Shown here one piece after another: positions 48,349-57,912 of a stretch of DNA of 64,000 nt (position 1 is the stretch's first letter; every line of letters starts with the position of its first letter). The notes beneath the pieces were generated by a model. That model ran no database searches. It was not told where the DNA came from and was given only the letters and a program-made list of their open reading frames with translations. The position numbers and the translations under genes were made by a program. Origin of the DNA: Promethearchaeia archaeon (lineage in GTDB: Archaea; Asgardarchaeota; Lokiarchaeia; Sigyniarchaeales; SOKP01); assembly GCA_029856155.1 (NCBI GenBank), contig JAHQWL010000085.1, positions 29,846-93,845 of the forward strand. The letters run 5' to 3'.

Positions 48349-50760
48349 TTAAGTTCTACACAATCTTTTTAAGAGTGTAGGATCTATTATTTCTTTTGGC
48401 GTCCAACCTTTTTCCTTTAGGTACTCGTGAATTTCATCTTTCATGTTAATAGGAATGTCTGCCTCAACACGTACAAATTTCTCTAAGTCATTGGGAAATT
48501 GGACACCTTTGTATTTTTTCTCTAAATCAATCCAATGAGAAAGTTTAATCATTCTTCCTTTAGAGTTATCTGCAGGTCTTAAACATAATTTTGCTGCTAG
48601 ACAAATAGCTTGTTCAATACTTTCAGCAGTAGTTAATAAATGTTCTGGACCTGGACCAACTAAATGATCTGAGGTGCCATCTCTAGCATTCCATACTTTC
48701 CATGTATTTTCATCATCAGATCTGCCAATATACATACGTCTATATTCTGCTGAATGAGGTCCACATATTGCTGGTATTCCCATACCATTACAGCTACTGG
48801 CAATACTAGCGGCTTTTTGAGACATTGCACCCCAAGCAACTCCACAAGCACCTACACGGTTCAAAACATAATCCGCAATTTCCTCATAGTTACCTCGTAA
48901 TGGACGTCTAGCAAAAATATTAGCAACTTTTATTGCTGCCCCATTAATATGTGGGTTTGAAACGCATGAACCAACATTTACTAACCCTCCCCTATCAAAA
49001 TCACCGGGATATCTATCATAAAGTGTTTTACCATCTTCATCCTTTACAAGCCCTATATCCATAGCTCCGCAACCAGATACAACCACAATATAATTTCTTC
49101 TACAAAACTCTTCAGCCATTATATATAATTCTTGTATTTCTTTAGCATAATTAGCACAACCAATAATTGCAATGATTCCAGGAATTTCGCCTAAGACTAT
49201 GGGAGCTCCAACATTGCGAATTTCTGTGTCCATAATTGGACCGCGACCCGCTCTCATATTAAATTTTTCATTTCTAATCTTTTCACGTCCAGCGTACATT
49301 ATGAGAGTAAGAGGTGACACATTTTTCATACAATCTGATTCGCATCTTCCGCAATCTAAGCATTGATCAAAAACATCAGTCAATACTGAAAAATCACCAT
49401 CTTTTACCCTATTTACTCCTTCTACTAATGGTAAATCATTTGGACAATTTCTTTGACAGTTTCCACATCCATTGCAGTTCATTGCCATATCAATACAGCC
49501 TTTTTCATCAGGAACTGCACTTTTAGATTTTCTAATTGGTTTTACTTTAATGGCCGTTTCAACAGCAACTTTTCCTGCTTTTATTGGATCTAATATTAAT
49601 ACTCCATCAACTTTTCCACTGACTAAATCATCAATAATTTCTTCTGCAGGGTCATCTGTTCTATTAGGTAACCCTCCCATATTTTTTTCATTAGTCGCTA
49701 TAAACGGAGCATTTACGAGCTTTGCTTGCTCATAAGTACGTAAATGAACACATTGTTCATCTACCATAACAACATCAGCTAATCCAGAACGTATATAAAA
49801 CATCTGTCGAGCTAGTGAGCCAACAATCTTCGCACCATCAAAATATCTTGTCAAATCTATTGCAGTGCAACAAATTGCTCCCACATCTACCTTATCTTCA
49901 TAAGCCTTTTCCCTCATATAATCCACTAGTTCGATTCCTGGTGCTACGTTATGTCCAATCATTAAAATTGTTGCTTTATTTTCAGTATCCAGTGTACCCA
50001 TTCCTAATTCAATAATAGGAACGTCTGGTTCCCCCATAGGAAACCCGTAGGCAGAAATCTGAGCTGCATCAGATATTTCCATACCAACAGCATCTGCACA
50101 ACCTGCTAAAAATGCTTTCGCTTCATAATCAAGATAGCTAGATTCTTGCCCTGTATGCCCTGAGGCAAGAAGATGCGTAATCGTATAATGTACCCATTCC
50201 ATTGCGGTTTCCAAATCTTCTAAAGTTTCTGGTTTCATGCCAACAATTAATCGTGTACAAGGCATTTCAACCTCTATATTAGTTCCAAAATTTATTGGGA
50301 CATTACCATATTTCTCTTTAAGCCAGTGGAGCAGATGGTCACCATGAGCACTATGACATGATGCACCAATACAACAAGCAATTTCTACGATTTTTGCACA
50401 TGCAGTCTCCAGATTTATTCCGCATGCCCCAGTTCTGCCCTTGGAAAGGTTACATTTACCGAAAGTGCAATTACCCTTATAAAAGCTATGTTTTATAAGT
50501 TAAACAGCACATGTCACAAATTTGCCCATACTTTCTCTAAATGAAAGAATGCTTGGCATGTAAAACGGTTTGTACCTTTCCATGAGCTTGAAGAACCAAT
50601 TACGTAATGTAGGGATATGGGGCATCATCGTTGGGCCAATGGGTTCCCACTCTGTTTCGTCTCCATAACTTACTTTACCAGTGGTTAATTCAAATCCCTT
50701 GATTGTACCGAGTGGTCCTTTATATTCATCAATTTTAATTTTAGCTCCTCTTTTTTCCAT
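48349..50760 (-). CDS. cdhA: CO dehydrogenase/acetyl-CoA synthase alpha subunit, interrupted by two candidate BHB introns; exons 50760-50553, 50520-50501, 50469-48349 (782 aa spliced)
   Basis: WEPIGPT, RYKPFYMP, reconstructed ICDMCCLCTFGKC...GACG, CHSAHG, IGHNV, ICCTAIDL, two ferredoxin-type motifs, GCANY, GSCVSN, WGAMSQKA. Confidence 0.93.
50470..50500 (-). other. Candidate BHB mRNA intron 2 in cdhA (31 nt)
   Basis: ACUUAUAAAACAUAGCUUUUAUAAGGGUAAU; 9-bp inner stem, central helix UGUU/GGUA, bulges UA^A and AU^U, outer helix GUGC/GCAC; excision gives TGT TTA|TGC ACT TTC (C-L-C-T-F). Confidence 0.82.
50521..50552 (-). other. Candidate BHB mRNA intron 1 in cdhA (32 nt)
   Basis: GCAUUCUUUCAUUUAGAGAAAGUAUGGGCAAA; central helix UGCC/GGCA, bulges AA^G and AA^U; excision gives ATG CCA A|TT TGT GAC (M-P-I-C-D). 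Confidence 0.8.
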
Positions 50761-50947
50761 ATTTCAATTCACATTATTTATAGTTTGATTTTTTTTTGAT
50801 TTTTTAATATTTGATTATAATTAGAGTTATATTAGATTTTATTTTAATTATTATATTCCAAAACTCAAAATCTAATCTATATTAATTAAAAAAAGTGTGA
50901 AATTTCACTCAATATTGTATAATATAAAAAATAGAGAGAAATAAACT

Positions 50948-51541
50948 TTAAAGAGTAGATAAAAACTCTGAAACATTTTCTTCGGAATCCTCATCTATGA
51001 GGCTATCATCTAATTCTTTTCCAATGAACTGAAATTTGAATACGCATTTTTCATGTCCTAGTAAAACACATTCAATCTCCTCACCATCAACATCAATTAA
51101 CAAAGTCTCAAAGATTGCTAGAAAAATCCCTTGATAAAGTAAACAAAGATTTTTAGCCATAATATTATCGGATTCTTCTTTTGCTAGTGAATCTGATACC
51201 TTAATTAACATATGATCTTTTTTAAACACCCCTGTTAATTCTCCATAACCCATCAATTCCAATGCTTCAAGGTTTCCTATAATGACTTCTTTTTTTAATG
51301 CTAGAGTTTCTGAACTCCAATCTTTATTGTCGAAGAATTTTTCCATATATGCCCTTCCAAGAGTTTTCCCTACCCAAATAAGTATATCATCTGCATTTGC
51401 ACCAGCGAACTCGGAGAATTCAATTAAATCAATAGGTCTTAACATAAGTAAACGTAAATCTTTCTTTTTATCACCAAAAAATAATTGACCTGCTTTCTCT
51501 TCAATCATAATTTGTAATTCTTTTTTGAGTCTCTTAGACAT
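50948..51541 (-). CDS. V4R-domain protein
   Basis: LELMGYG, LCLLYQGIF, EIECVLLGHEKCVF. Confidence 0.82.
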   Translation of the reverse strand: MSKRLKKELQIMIEEKAGQLFFGDKKKDLRLLMLRPIDLIEFSEFAGANADDILIWVGKTLGRAYMEKFFDNKDWSSETLALKKEVIIGNLEALELMGYGELTGVFKKDHMLIKVSDSLAKEESDNIMAKNLCLLYQGIFLAIFETLLIDVDGEEIECVLLGHEKCVFKFQFIGKELDDSLIDEDSEENVSEFLSTL

Positions 51542-51704
51542 GCTTTATCACGAGTTAACTATTAATAAGAGAAATATTAAGTTTTATTTCATATAATAGA
51601 AATTTAAACGGCTAGATATTTAAATTTAATGTTTACTTCATCAAAACACTATAATTATTAGAGTTAGGAATTTTTTATTCAAATAATGCTTTTTAATTAG
51701 CAAT

Positions 51705-52703
51705 CTAGGAAGAGATCAAATCTAAAATCGCTGGAATTATATAATCGATATTATAATTGGTTTTTACTGAAGTAAATAATAATTTCCATCTTCGATCTTT
51801 TATTTTGTTTAAATTAAAAAATTCTGAAATTTCTCTTTTTAAGGTGTGAAATTCTTTTTTATAGGATTCCTTAGCATTTATGACTAAATCAGTTTTATTG
51901 CATATTAATAGTAATGGGACTGCTCTTAATTCATTGTTATTTATTACATTCCAAAACTCTTTTTTAGATTCCTCAAATCTTCTTTGATTAGCAATATCGA
52001 TCATATAAATAATAATGTTAGAATCTTGAAGCCCTATCAACCATCTTGATCTGAAAGTTTTTTGTCCCGGCATATCCCAAACCGCAAATAGCCCTTTTTC
52101 TTCTGCAGGTATATATTCAATGTTGAATTTTCGTGTTGAAGTAAAGAAATTATCGTTAAACTTACCAGTTTTTAACCGTCTTACTAAGCTAGATTTTCCA
52201 ACTTCATCAATACCAAAGAGGAAGACTTTGAAAAATGTATCTCTTTGATAATAATATTCAATTTCTGGAGGTTTTTCGATAACCTCCTCATAAAATCTAC
52301 GAATATCAATAAACATAGAAATTAGTAAATTTTCAATTTCGATTTCATCATTAAAGGAATATTCATTGCCATTTATCAATAATTCATTCAATAATTCCTT
52401 AAAGATATCCTTATAGTCGTAAGGGTTATCTTCATTATCAAAAATTAAACCGATTATAATTTTTCTATTAACACAGGAAGTATATATATTCAAATCATCG
52501 ATAAATTGAGCAATAGGTTCATCCATTTTAAAATGATTTGATGTTGATTTCGGAATAACATCTACATTGTCATGTTCTTTTATAATTTTATTAACAAGGA
52601 TTTTATCATTAATATTAATAATTTCATTAGGATAACAATAAATATTTAGATCTTCTAAATCTCGAATTTCATTTCCTTTGAATAAAAAGATGTTATGTAA
52701 CAA
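51705..52703 (-). CDS. Arf-like small GTPase with N-terminal longin-like domain
   Basis: GIDEVGKSS, WDMPGQ, CNKTD, TSVK; N-terminal alpha/beta domain (IIIGLIFDNEDNPYDY). Confidence 0.85.
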   Translation of the reverse strand: MLHNIFLFKGNEIRDLEDLNIYCYPNEIININDKILVNKIIKEHDNVDVIPKSTSNHFKMDEPIAQFIDDLNIYTSCVNRKIIIGLIFDNEDNPYDYKDIFKELLNELLINGNEYSFNDEIEIENLLISMFIDIRRFYEEVIEKPPEIEYYYQRDTFFKVFLFGIDEVGKSSLVRRLKTGKFNDNFFTSTRKFNIEYIPAEEKGLFAVWDMPGQKTFRSRWLIGLQDSNIIIYMIDIANQRRFEESKKEFWNVINNNELRAVPLLLICNKTDLVINAKESYKKEFHTLKREISEFFNLNKIKDRRWKLLFTSVKTNYNIDYIIPAILDLISS

Positions 52704-52868
52704 TTAAATTTCTCAAATTCTTTATTCCTATAAGTTTGAAAATAAAAGTACCTTAAAAAAAGTTTGGAATCTTGCTGATTTTAATTACTTTTAAAGTTTT
52801 TGGTTTAAAATATGAAAGGCAATCAATCTTTTGCTATTAATAAAGTATCTAAAAAAGTATAATGGATA

Positions 52869-54281
52869 TTATTGATCTACTTTTTCTTCTTTAATATCTT
52901 CTGAAAGTTCTTTTTTTGTTTCTTCAACGGTGTGTTCTTCTGAATCTTCACTTAGTTCTGAGATGTGAGGCTCAATGGGTTCTGATTCTGGCTTATCACC
53001 TACAGGGGTCTCACAAACAGGACAACGGCTCCAACCAGGTCTTAAACTATACCCGCATTTAGCACATTCTTTCATATTTTCATCTATCTTCCATTCTGGT
53101 ATATCTAGACCTCCTTGTCGTTTTTTTGATAATTCTTGTAATTCTTCCTCAGTCCAGACCTCCATTCCTTCAGGTAATGCTGTTTCTCTCTCAGATGCAA
53201 ATTTTGTTAAATCATCTTCCGTCCAAGTAGGAATATCTGGCTGAGAAGACATTCTTTTTTGTGTTTCTTCTGCTAATTCTTCAGCTGTCCAAGATTTAAG
53301 TTCTTGCCCCCCAGGAGTTCTAATCGCTCCAGAAGAGGGAGGGCTTACTTGTCCAGGCATCTGAGGTTGTTGAACCGGGACATTGCAGCTTTCAGCAGAA
53401 AATCTTAATAGAGCTTCAAAACACCTTGAATATTTATTTGGATCTCTACCTTCATCTGTGACTAGTAATAAAGTAGTTTTATCAGTAGAATGGGGTATTG
53501 CAATACTAAATATAGCAATATCTGATGTAAGTCTATTAGATTCGATACCAGAAGTGATTCGCTCCATTGAATTCATTAGTTCATTATCTTTCATTAAAAA
53601 ATCACAAATCGGATCACCATGTCTTTGATAACCTTCATGATATTTTGCGAGATGATTTTTTGTTATGATGGAATCAAAAGAATTAATTATCGCGCTTATA
53701 TAAGAATATCTTTGTGATTTAGGTTCTTTTTGAGATTCATCCAGTCTATAACCTCCTAAATCAATAGCTCCCATGATTGGAGCAAATAAAGGTTTCTCAT
53801 CTTTCATCTTCCCAAAGATAGTTGATCGTGAAATAACACATTTAATTTCACCATAATAAGCAATTGCGTTATCTAAAAGCTCTAATTTCTTGTTAAAAAT
53901 TATTCGTGGAACTGTCCGAAATAATACATTAACCCATGGCATCTCTTTTATGGGAATTATTATGACACAAGTTTTTTCAATTATTTCCCGTAATAATTTA
54001 ATGTAATTCTTCAATTCTTTCTTTAAATCTGCATATTCCTCGTTTTTTAATTCTTCGTTCACCTTATTTTCGAGTTCTTTGAACTTCTCTTCATTTATTT
54101 TAAGATTTCCTCCAAATGATTGAATTTCCCCTATAATATTTTCCTTCATTATAGAAGTAGCACTTTCGATCGTTTTCTTCTGAAAATCAGTAAGCTCATG
54201 CTCTTTACTTGAAACTAAGTATTCGGCGGGATCAAATTCTATTTTGTTAATAAATACTTGAAATAATTTCTGTTCTGACAA
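52869..54281 (-). CDS. Hypothetical protein with WT(E/A)(E/D)(E/D)L repeats, C-terminal zinc ribbon and acidic tail
   Basis: WTAEEL, WTEDDL, WTEEEL; CAKCG...CPVC. Confidence 0.75.
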   Translation of the reverse strand: MSEQKLFQVFINKIEFDPAEYLVSSKEHELTDFQKKTIESATSIMKENIIGEIQSFGGNLKINEEKFKELENKVNEELKNEEYADLKKELKNYIKLLREIIEKTCVIIIPIKEMPWVNVLFRTVPRIIFNKKLELLDNAIAYYGEIKCVISRSTIFGKMKDEKPLFAPIMGAIDLGGYRLDESQKEPKSQRYSYISAIINSFDSIITKNHLAKYHEGYQRHGDPICDFLMKDNELMNSMERITSGIESNRLTSDIAIFSIAIPHSTDKTTLLLVTDEGRDPNKYSRCFEALLRFSAESCNVPVQQPQMPGQVSPPSSGAIRTPGGQELKSWTAEELAEETQKRMSSQPDIPTWTEDDLTKFASERETALPEGMEVWTEEELQELSKKRQGGLDIPEWKIDENMKECAKCGYSLRPGWSRCPVCETPVGDKPESEPIEPHISELSEDSEEHTVEETKKELSEDIKEEKVDQ

Positions 54282-54442
54282 TTTCTTTCCCTTTTTATAG
54301 TTAGTAATTTTGATTCGTAGCTAATTATAAATATATCAATGGATTGTATATAAAAATTTATTTGAATTAAGATTATTTATTTAAAATAAAGTTAAAGGCG
54401 TTCCTTTTTTTTTTTCTAATAATATCATAACATTCTAAAACT

Positions 54443-55495
54443 ATGCAAGAGTCGGATTTTCAAGAAATTATGTTTGATAAAAATATTGTTGTATGTTTTG
54501 TTTCTACTATACCTGAACAAGTAAGAGAATATCTAACCGAGAAATTAAATTCTTTAAATAATGTTCAGATAATATATCGAAAAGATTCATCCGAAAAGAA
54601 ATTACTTAAGCTTGTATCACGAGCAGATATTTTAATTGGATGGCGTCCATCTAAGAAAATTCTAAAAGCAGCAACAAACCTAAAGGTTTTCATTAATCCT
54701 GGAGCAGGAATCCAACACCTTATAGAACTTTTTCGAGAAATTAATAGAGAAAGGAAAGTGCTTCTTATCAATGGTCATGGCAATTCTTATTTTGTAGCCC
54801 AACATGCAGTAGCGCTTTTAATGGCCCTTATGAATAAAATTATCCCTCATCATAATTGGATGTGTAAGGGAAAATGGCGAACTGGAGATAAGGATGCTGC
54901 ATCAATTCCATTAAGATATAAAAAAGTTGGATTACTTGGATATGGGGCAATAAATCAAAAAATTCATCTTTTTTTAAGTGGATTTGATATAGAATTTTCA
55001 ATTTTAAGAAGGCATTGGGAAAAGCAGAAATTGCCATTACCAACTCAAGTAAAACGATATCAATTTTCTCAACTTCATAACTTTCTTGAAGAGATTGAAA
55101 TACTAATAGTTGGTATACCTTTAACTACCTTAACGAATAATTTGATTGCTAGAGAAGAATTAGAACTATTAGGCTCTAACAGTTTAATTGTGAATGTTAG
55201 TAGAGGTGATATTATAGATGAAGAAAGCTTATATCGGGCATTAAAAGATGGAATTATACATAGTGCTGCGATTGACGTCTGGTATAACTACAATCCAAAA
55301 AAAGATAAAGAAGGAAAAAAATATCCATATAATTTTCCCTTTTATTCTCTAGACAACATTATTCTATCACCGCATAGAGGATATTCACCTTTTAATGATT
55401 TATTAAGATGGAATGAAGTTATTGAAAATATTTCTCGAATGGCTATAGGTCGTCGAGATTTTATTAATGTGGTAAATTTAGAGGAGGAATATTAA
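54443..55495 (+). CDS. D-isomer-specific 2-hydroxyacid dehydrogenase
   Basis: VAQHA, GLLGYGAI, IVNVSRG, AAIDVW, ILSPHRG. Confidence 0.92.
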   Translation: MQESDFQEIMFDKNIVVCFVSTIPEQVREYLTEKLNSLNNVQIIYRKDSSEKKLLKLVSRADILIGWRPSKKILKAATNLKVFINPGAGIQHLIELFREINRERKVLLINGHGNSYFVAQHAVALLMALMNKIIPHHNWMCKGKWRTGDKDAASIPLRYKKVGLLGYGAINQKIHLFLSGFDIEFSILRRHWEKQKLPLPTQVKRYQFSQLHNFLEEIEILIVGIPLTTLTNNLIAREELELLGSNSLIVNVSRGDIIDEESLYRALKDGIIHSAAIDVWYNYNPKKDKEGKKYPYNFPFYSLDNIILSPHRGYSPFNDLLRWNEVIENISRMAIGRRDFINVVNLEEEY

Positions 55496-55987
55496 AAAGT
55501 AATATTTTACTTTAAAATATCCCAAAACTTGACTAATTTTATTGTAAAGTATATTAAATTATGAATTTTATCAAACAGATGATTATTTAAATTGAAAAAG
55601 TGTTTATTATTATTTAAATAAGTAAACATTTTTGATATTTATAATATTTTTTTACAATTTCATTCTACTTATTATTCAGGAAACTTATAAAAGTGTTCAT
55701 ACATCCTTATATAATAATTAAAACTTCAAAAATATCCTTAAATTTGAGGAGTATAGAAACATTTTAAAAATTAATACATTAATATAATATTTGGAATATT
55801 TAAGACATGACAAATTAGTCTTTCTTAAAATATATTAATCCGATAAAAAAAAACATTTATATATTAATGTGTAATACAATAAAATATAAAAAAATTTGTG
55901 GTTTAAGGCGTTTGATTTAAAATAAATTTTAGAAATTTTGCCGATTTTTGAATTTGGCATATCTAAGATATCATAAGGTGTATAAAA

Positions 55988-56278
55988 ATGAAAATAGTTA
56001 CTGTTAACATTCCAGAATCCTATCTCGATAGTATTGTAAAATTAGTGGGTGAAAATGGATTATATCCCTCTAGGTCAGAACTAATTCGAGTAGCTGTAAG
56101 AGATTTTTTGCTTCGAGAGTTGAAATTAGCTAATAATATGGCTAAATATAAGGAGACTGAAATTGAAGAGTTTGATGATGAAAATTTTGTTAGAGTTCCA
56201 GTTGAACGTTTAAATGAAAAGGATGAACCAGTCCGAGAATTTAAAACATATAAGATTATTAAGAAACTAGAATATTAA
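55988..56278 (+). CDS. CopG/RHH transcriptional regulator
   Basis: IVTVNIPESYL...GLYPSRSELIRVAVRDFL. Confidence 0.92.
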   Translation: MKIVTVNIPESYLDSIVKLVGENGLYPSRSELIRVAVRDFLLRELKLANNMAKYKETEIEEFDDENFVRVPVERLNEKDEPVREFKTYKIIKKLEY

Positions 56279-56445
56279 GAATTTTACAATTTGTGGTCTT
56301 GTTAAATTTCGCATAATATAGCAAAATAAAGCTCTTTTTTTTTTTTTTAATTTATATCCTTATAATTAAAGAATTAAGTAAAGCATAAATAATATTGAAA
56401 TATTATTTATAAAATCTACAATAAATTAGAATAGAGGCAATTTTT

Positions 56446-57723
56446 ATTTCTGAGGATAAAAAAAGCCCAGATCATTACAGTCCCCAGTTTATGGAGTGGG
56501 GAATAATAAATAAAGAAAATTTTGAAAATAAAACAACATATGATTGCCCAGTTAAACGATGGGATCCTCTTTCTATAGTGCAAATAAAGTCAGAAGCTTT
56601 TGGTCTTCGAAAAGAACATACGAGATTTTATGGTCATTATTCCTATATATCTCCAATTAGAGGTTCAAGGCCAAAAGGATTTAAGAATGATGAACAGGAA
56701 AAACAATTTTATGATTGCTTAGAGAAAGTAGTACCAAAATTTAAAGATGTTTTTTCTTCTATAATTGAAGGTAAAATAGTTCACGATGATTGGGGAATGC
56801 CTATAGGAGATGGATTTACAATGATTATAACTGAAGATGAAATAAGACGGGATAATCCTTTTTCAGAAACTCCACATCGAATAGAAAGAATTCCTGATTC
56901 TTGTAGAGCAATAACTTTAATAAATAGATACCCCTCAATGGCACGGATTATAGATAAAGATATTGAAGCGCATATAATGAAAAAACTTCCTCCACATATA
57001 AAGCTATCAGAAGGAATTAATTTAGTTACAATTTCGCGTAATTTTTATCCCTCATTATGTTTCAATTTAATACCTGAAGATGTATTAGCAGGTATTTTTG
57101 TCTCAATGAGAGCAGCAATCCTATATTGTATTGAAGAATCTATTAATAAAGATTATTATGATATTCCCGTTATGCCCTTTTTCAACATAGGTACTAAAGT
57201 TGGTGGTTCTCAACCAAGAATACATAGCCAAGTTTATATTGATTTAAATATGGATGGTCATGGAAGTAGATTAGAAGGATATCTCGAAGCTTTCAAAGAA
57301 ATGGGAAATACATGCCATTTATGCAAAACTTCTCATGGAGGCTCTGATCGCATCATACTGGAAACGGAATTCTGGACATTTTATACTACAGGTAGCCCCG
57401 TAAGAAATTATCACATAAGATTTCATCCAAATGAACATATCCGAAGATTTTCCCAATTAAAACTCAATCAAATTGAAGATTTAGCAACATCATTAAAAAA
57501 GATTTTTCAAGCATTAGATGACATAGAGATTGATAAAAATAGAAATATACTATTCAATTGTTGTCCATATGGTTATAATGCTGATTTCCATATGTTTGCT
57601 GATATTATTCCACATGAGGTAATTGGCGGTGCTGAAATGGCTGATGATATGCGAGTTGCAAGAAAATTACCCCATATCGCAGCTAAAGAAATTAGAAATT
57701 CATTAGAAAAATACATAATGTAA
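56446..57723 (+). CDS. GalT-like (HIT superfamily) nucleotidyltransferase; start probably ATT at 56446 rather than ATG at 56491
   Basis: R..RP, NRYP, FFNIG..VGGSQPRIHSQ, CHLC; frame open upstream as (M)SEDKKSPDH with GAGG RBS. Confidence 0.75.
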   Translation: MSEDKKSPDHYSPQFMEWGIINKENFENKTTYDCPVKRWDPLSIVQIKSEAFGLRKEHTRFYGHYSYISPIRGSRPKGFKNDEQEKQFYDCLEKVVPKFKDVFSSIIEGKIVHDDWGMPIGDGFTMIITEDEIRRDNPFSETPHRIERIPDSCRAITLINRYPSMARIIDKDIEAHIMKKLPPHIKLSEGINLVTISRNFYPSLCFNLIPEDVLAGIFVSMRAAILYCIEESINKDYYDIPVMPFFNIGTKVGGSQPRIHSQVYIDLNMDGHGSRLEGYLEAFKEMGNTCHLCKTSHGGSDRIILETEFWTFYTTGSPVRNYHIRFHPNEHIRRFSQLKLNQIEDLATSLKKIFQALDDIEIDKNRNILFNCCPYGYNADFHMFADIIPHEVIGGAEMADDMRVARKLPHIAAKEIRNSLEKYIM

Positions 57724-57912
57724 ATTCATTATTTTATAATCTTAAAATATCAAAGGGATTTTTAATAAAAAAAATGTTGATCCAAACATTTTAAGACTTA
57801 TTTACCTAAGAGTTTTAGTTTCAATAGATAAGTTTTAAATTTCAATTAAAATTACATTTAAATCTATTAATTTTTTTATATTTAATGAAAATTTTTAAAA
57901 GAGATTCCAACA

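Noticed and set aside
50500-50760. 86-aa ORF treated as a separate gene, or cdhA treated as a simple pseudogene or stop-codon readthrough
   Set aside because: Readthrough of the TAA would not restore the CDMCCLC motif, which lies in another frame. Only removal of both inserts does, and the rest of the gene is intact.
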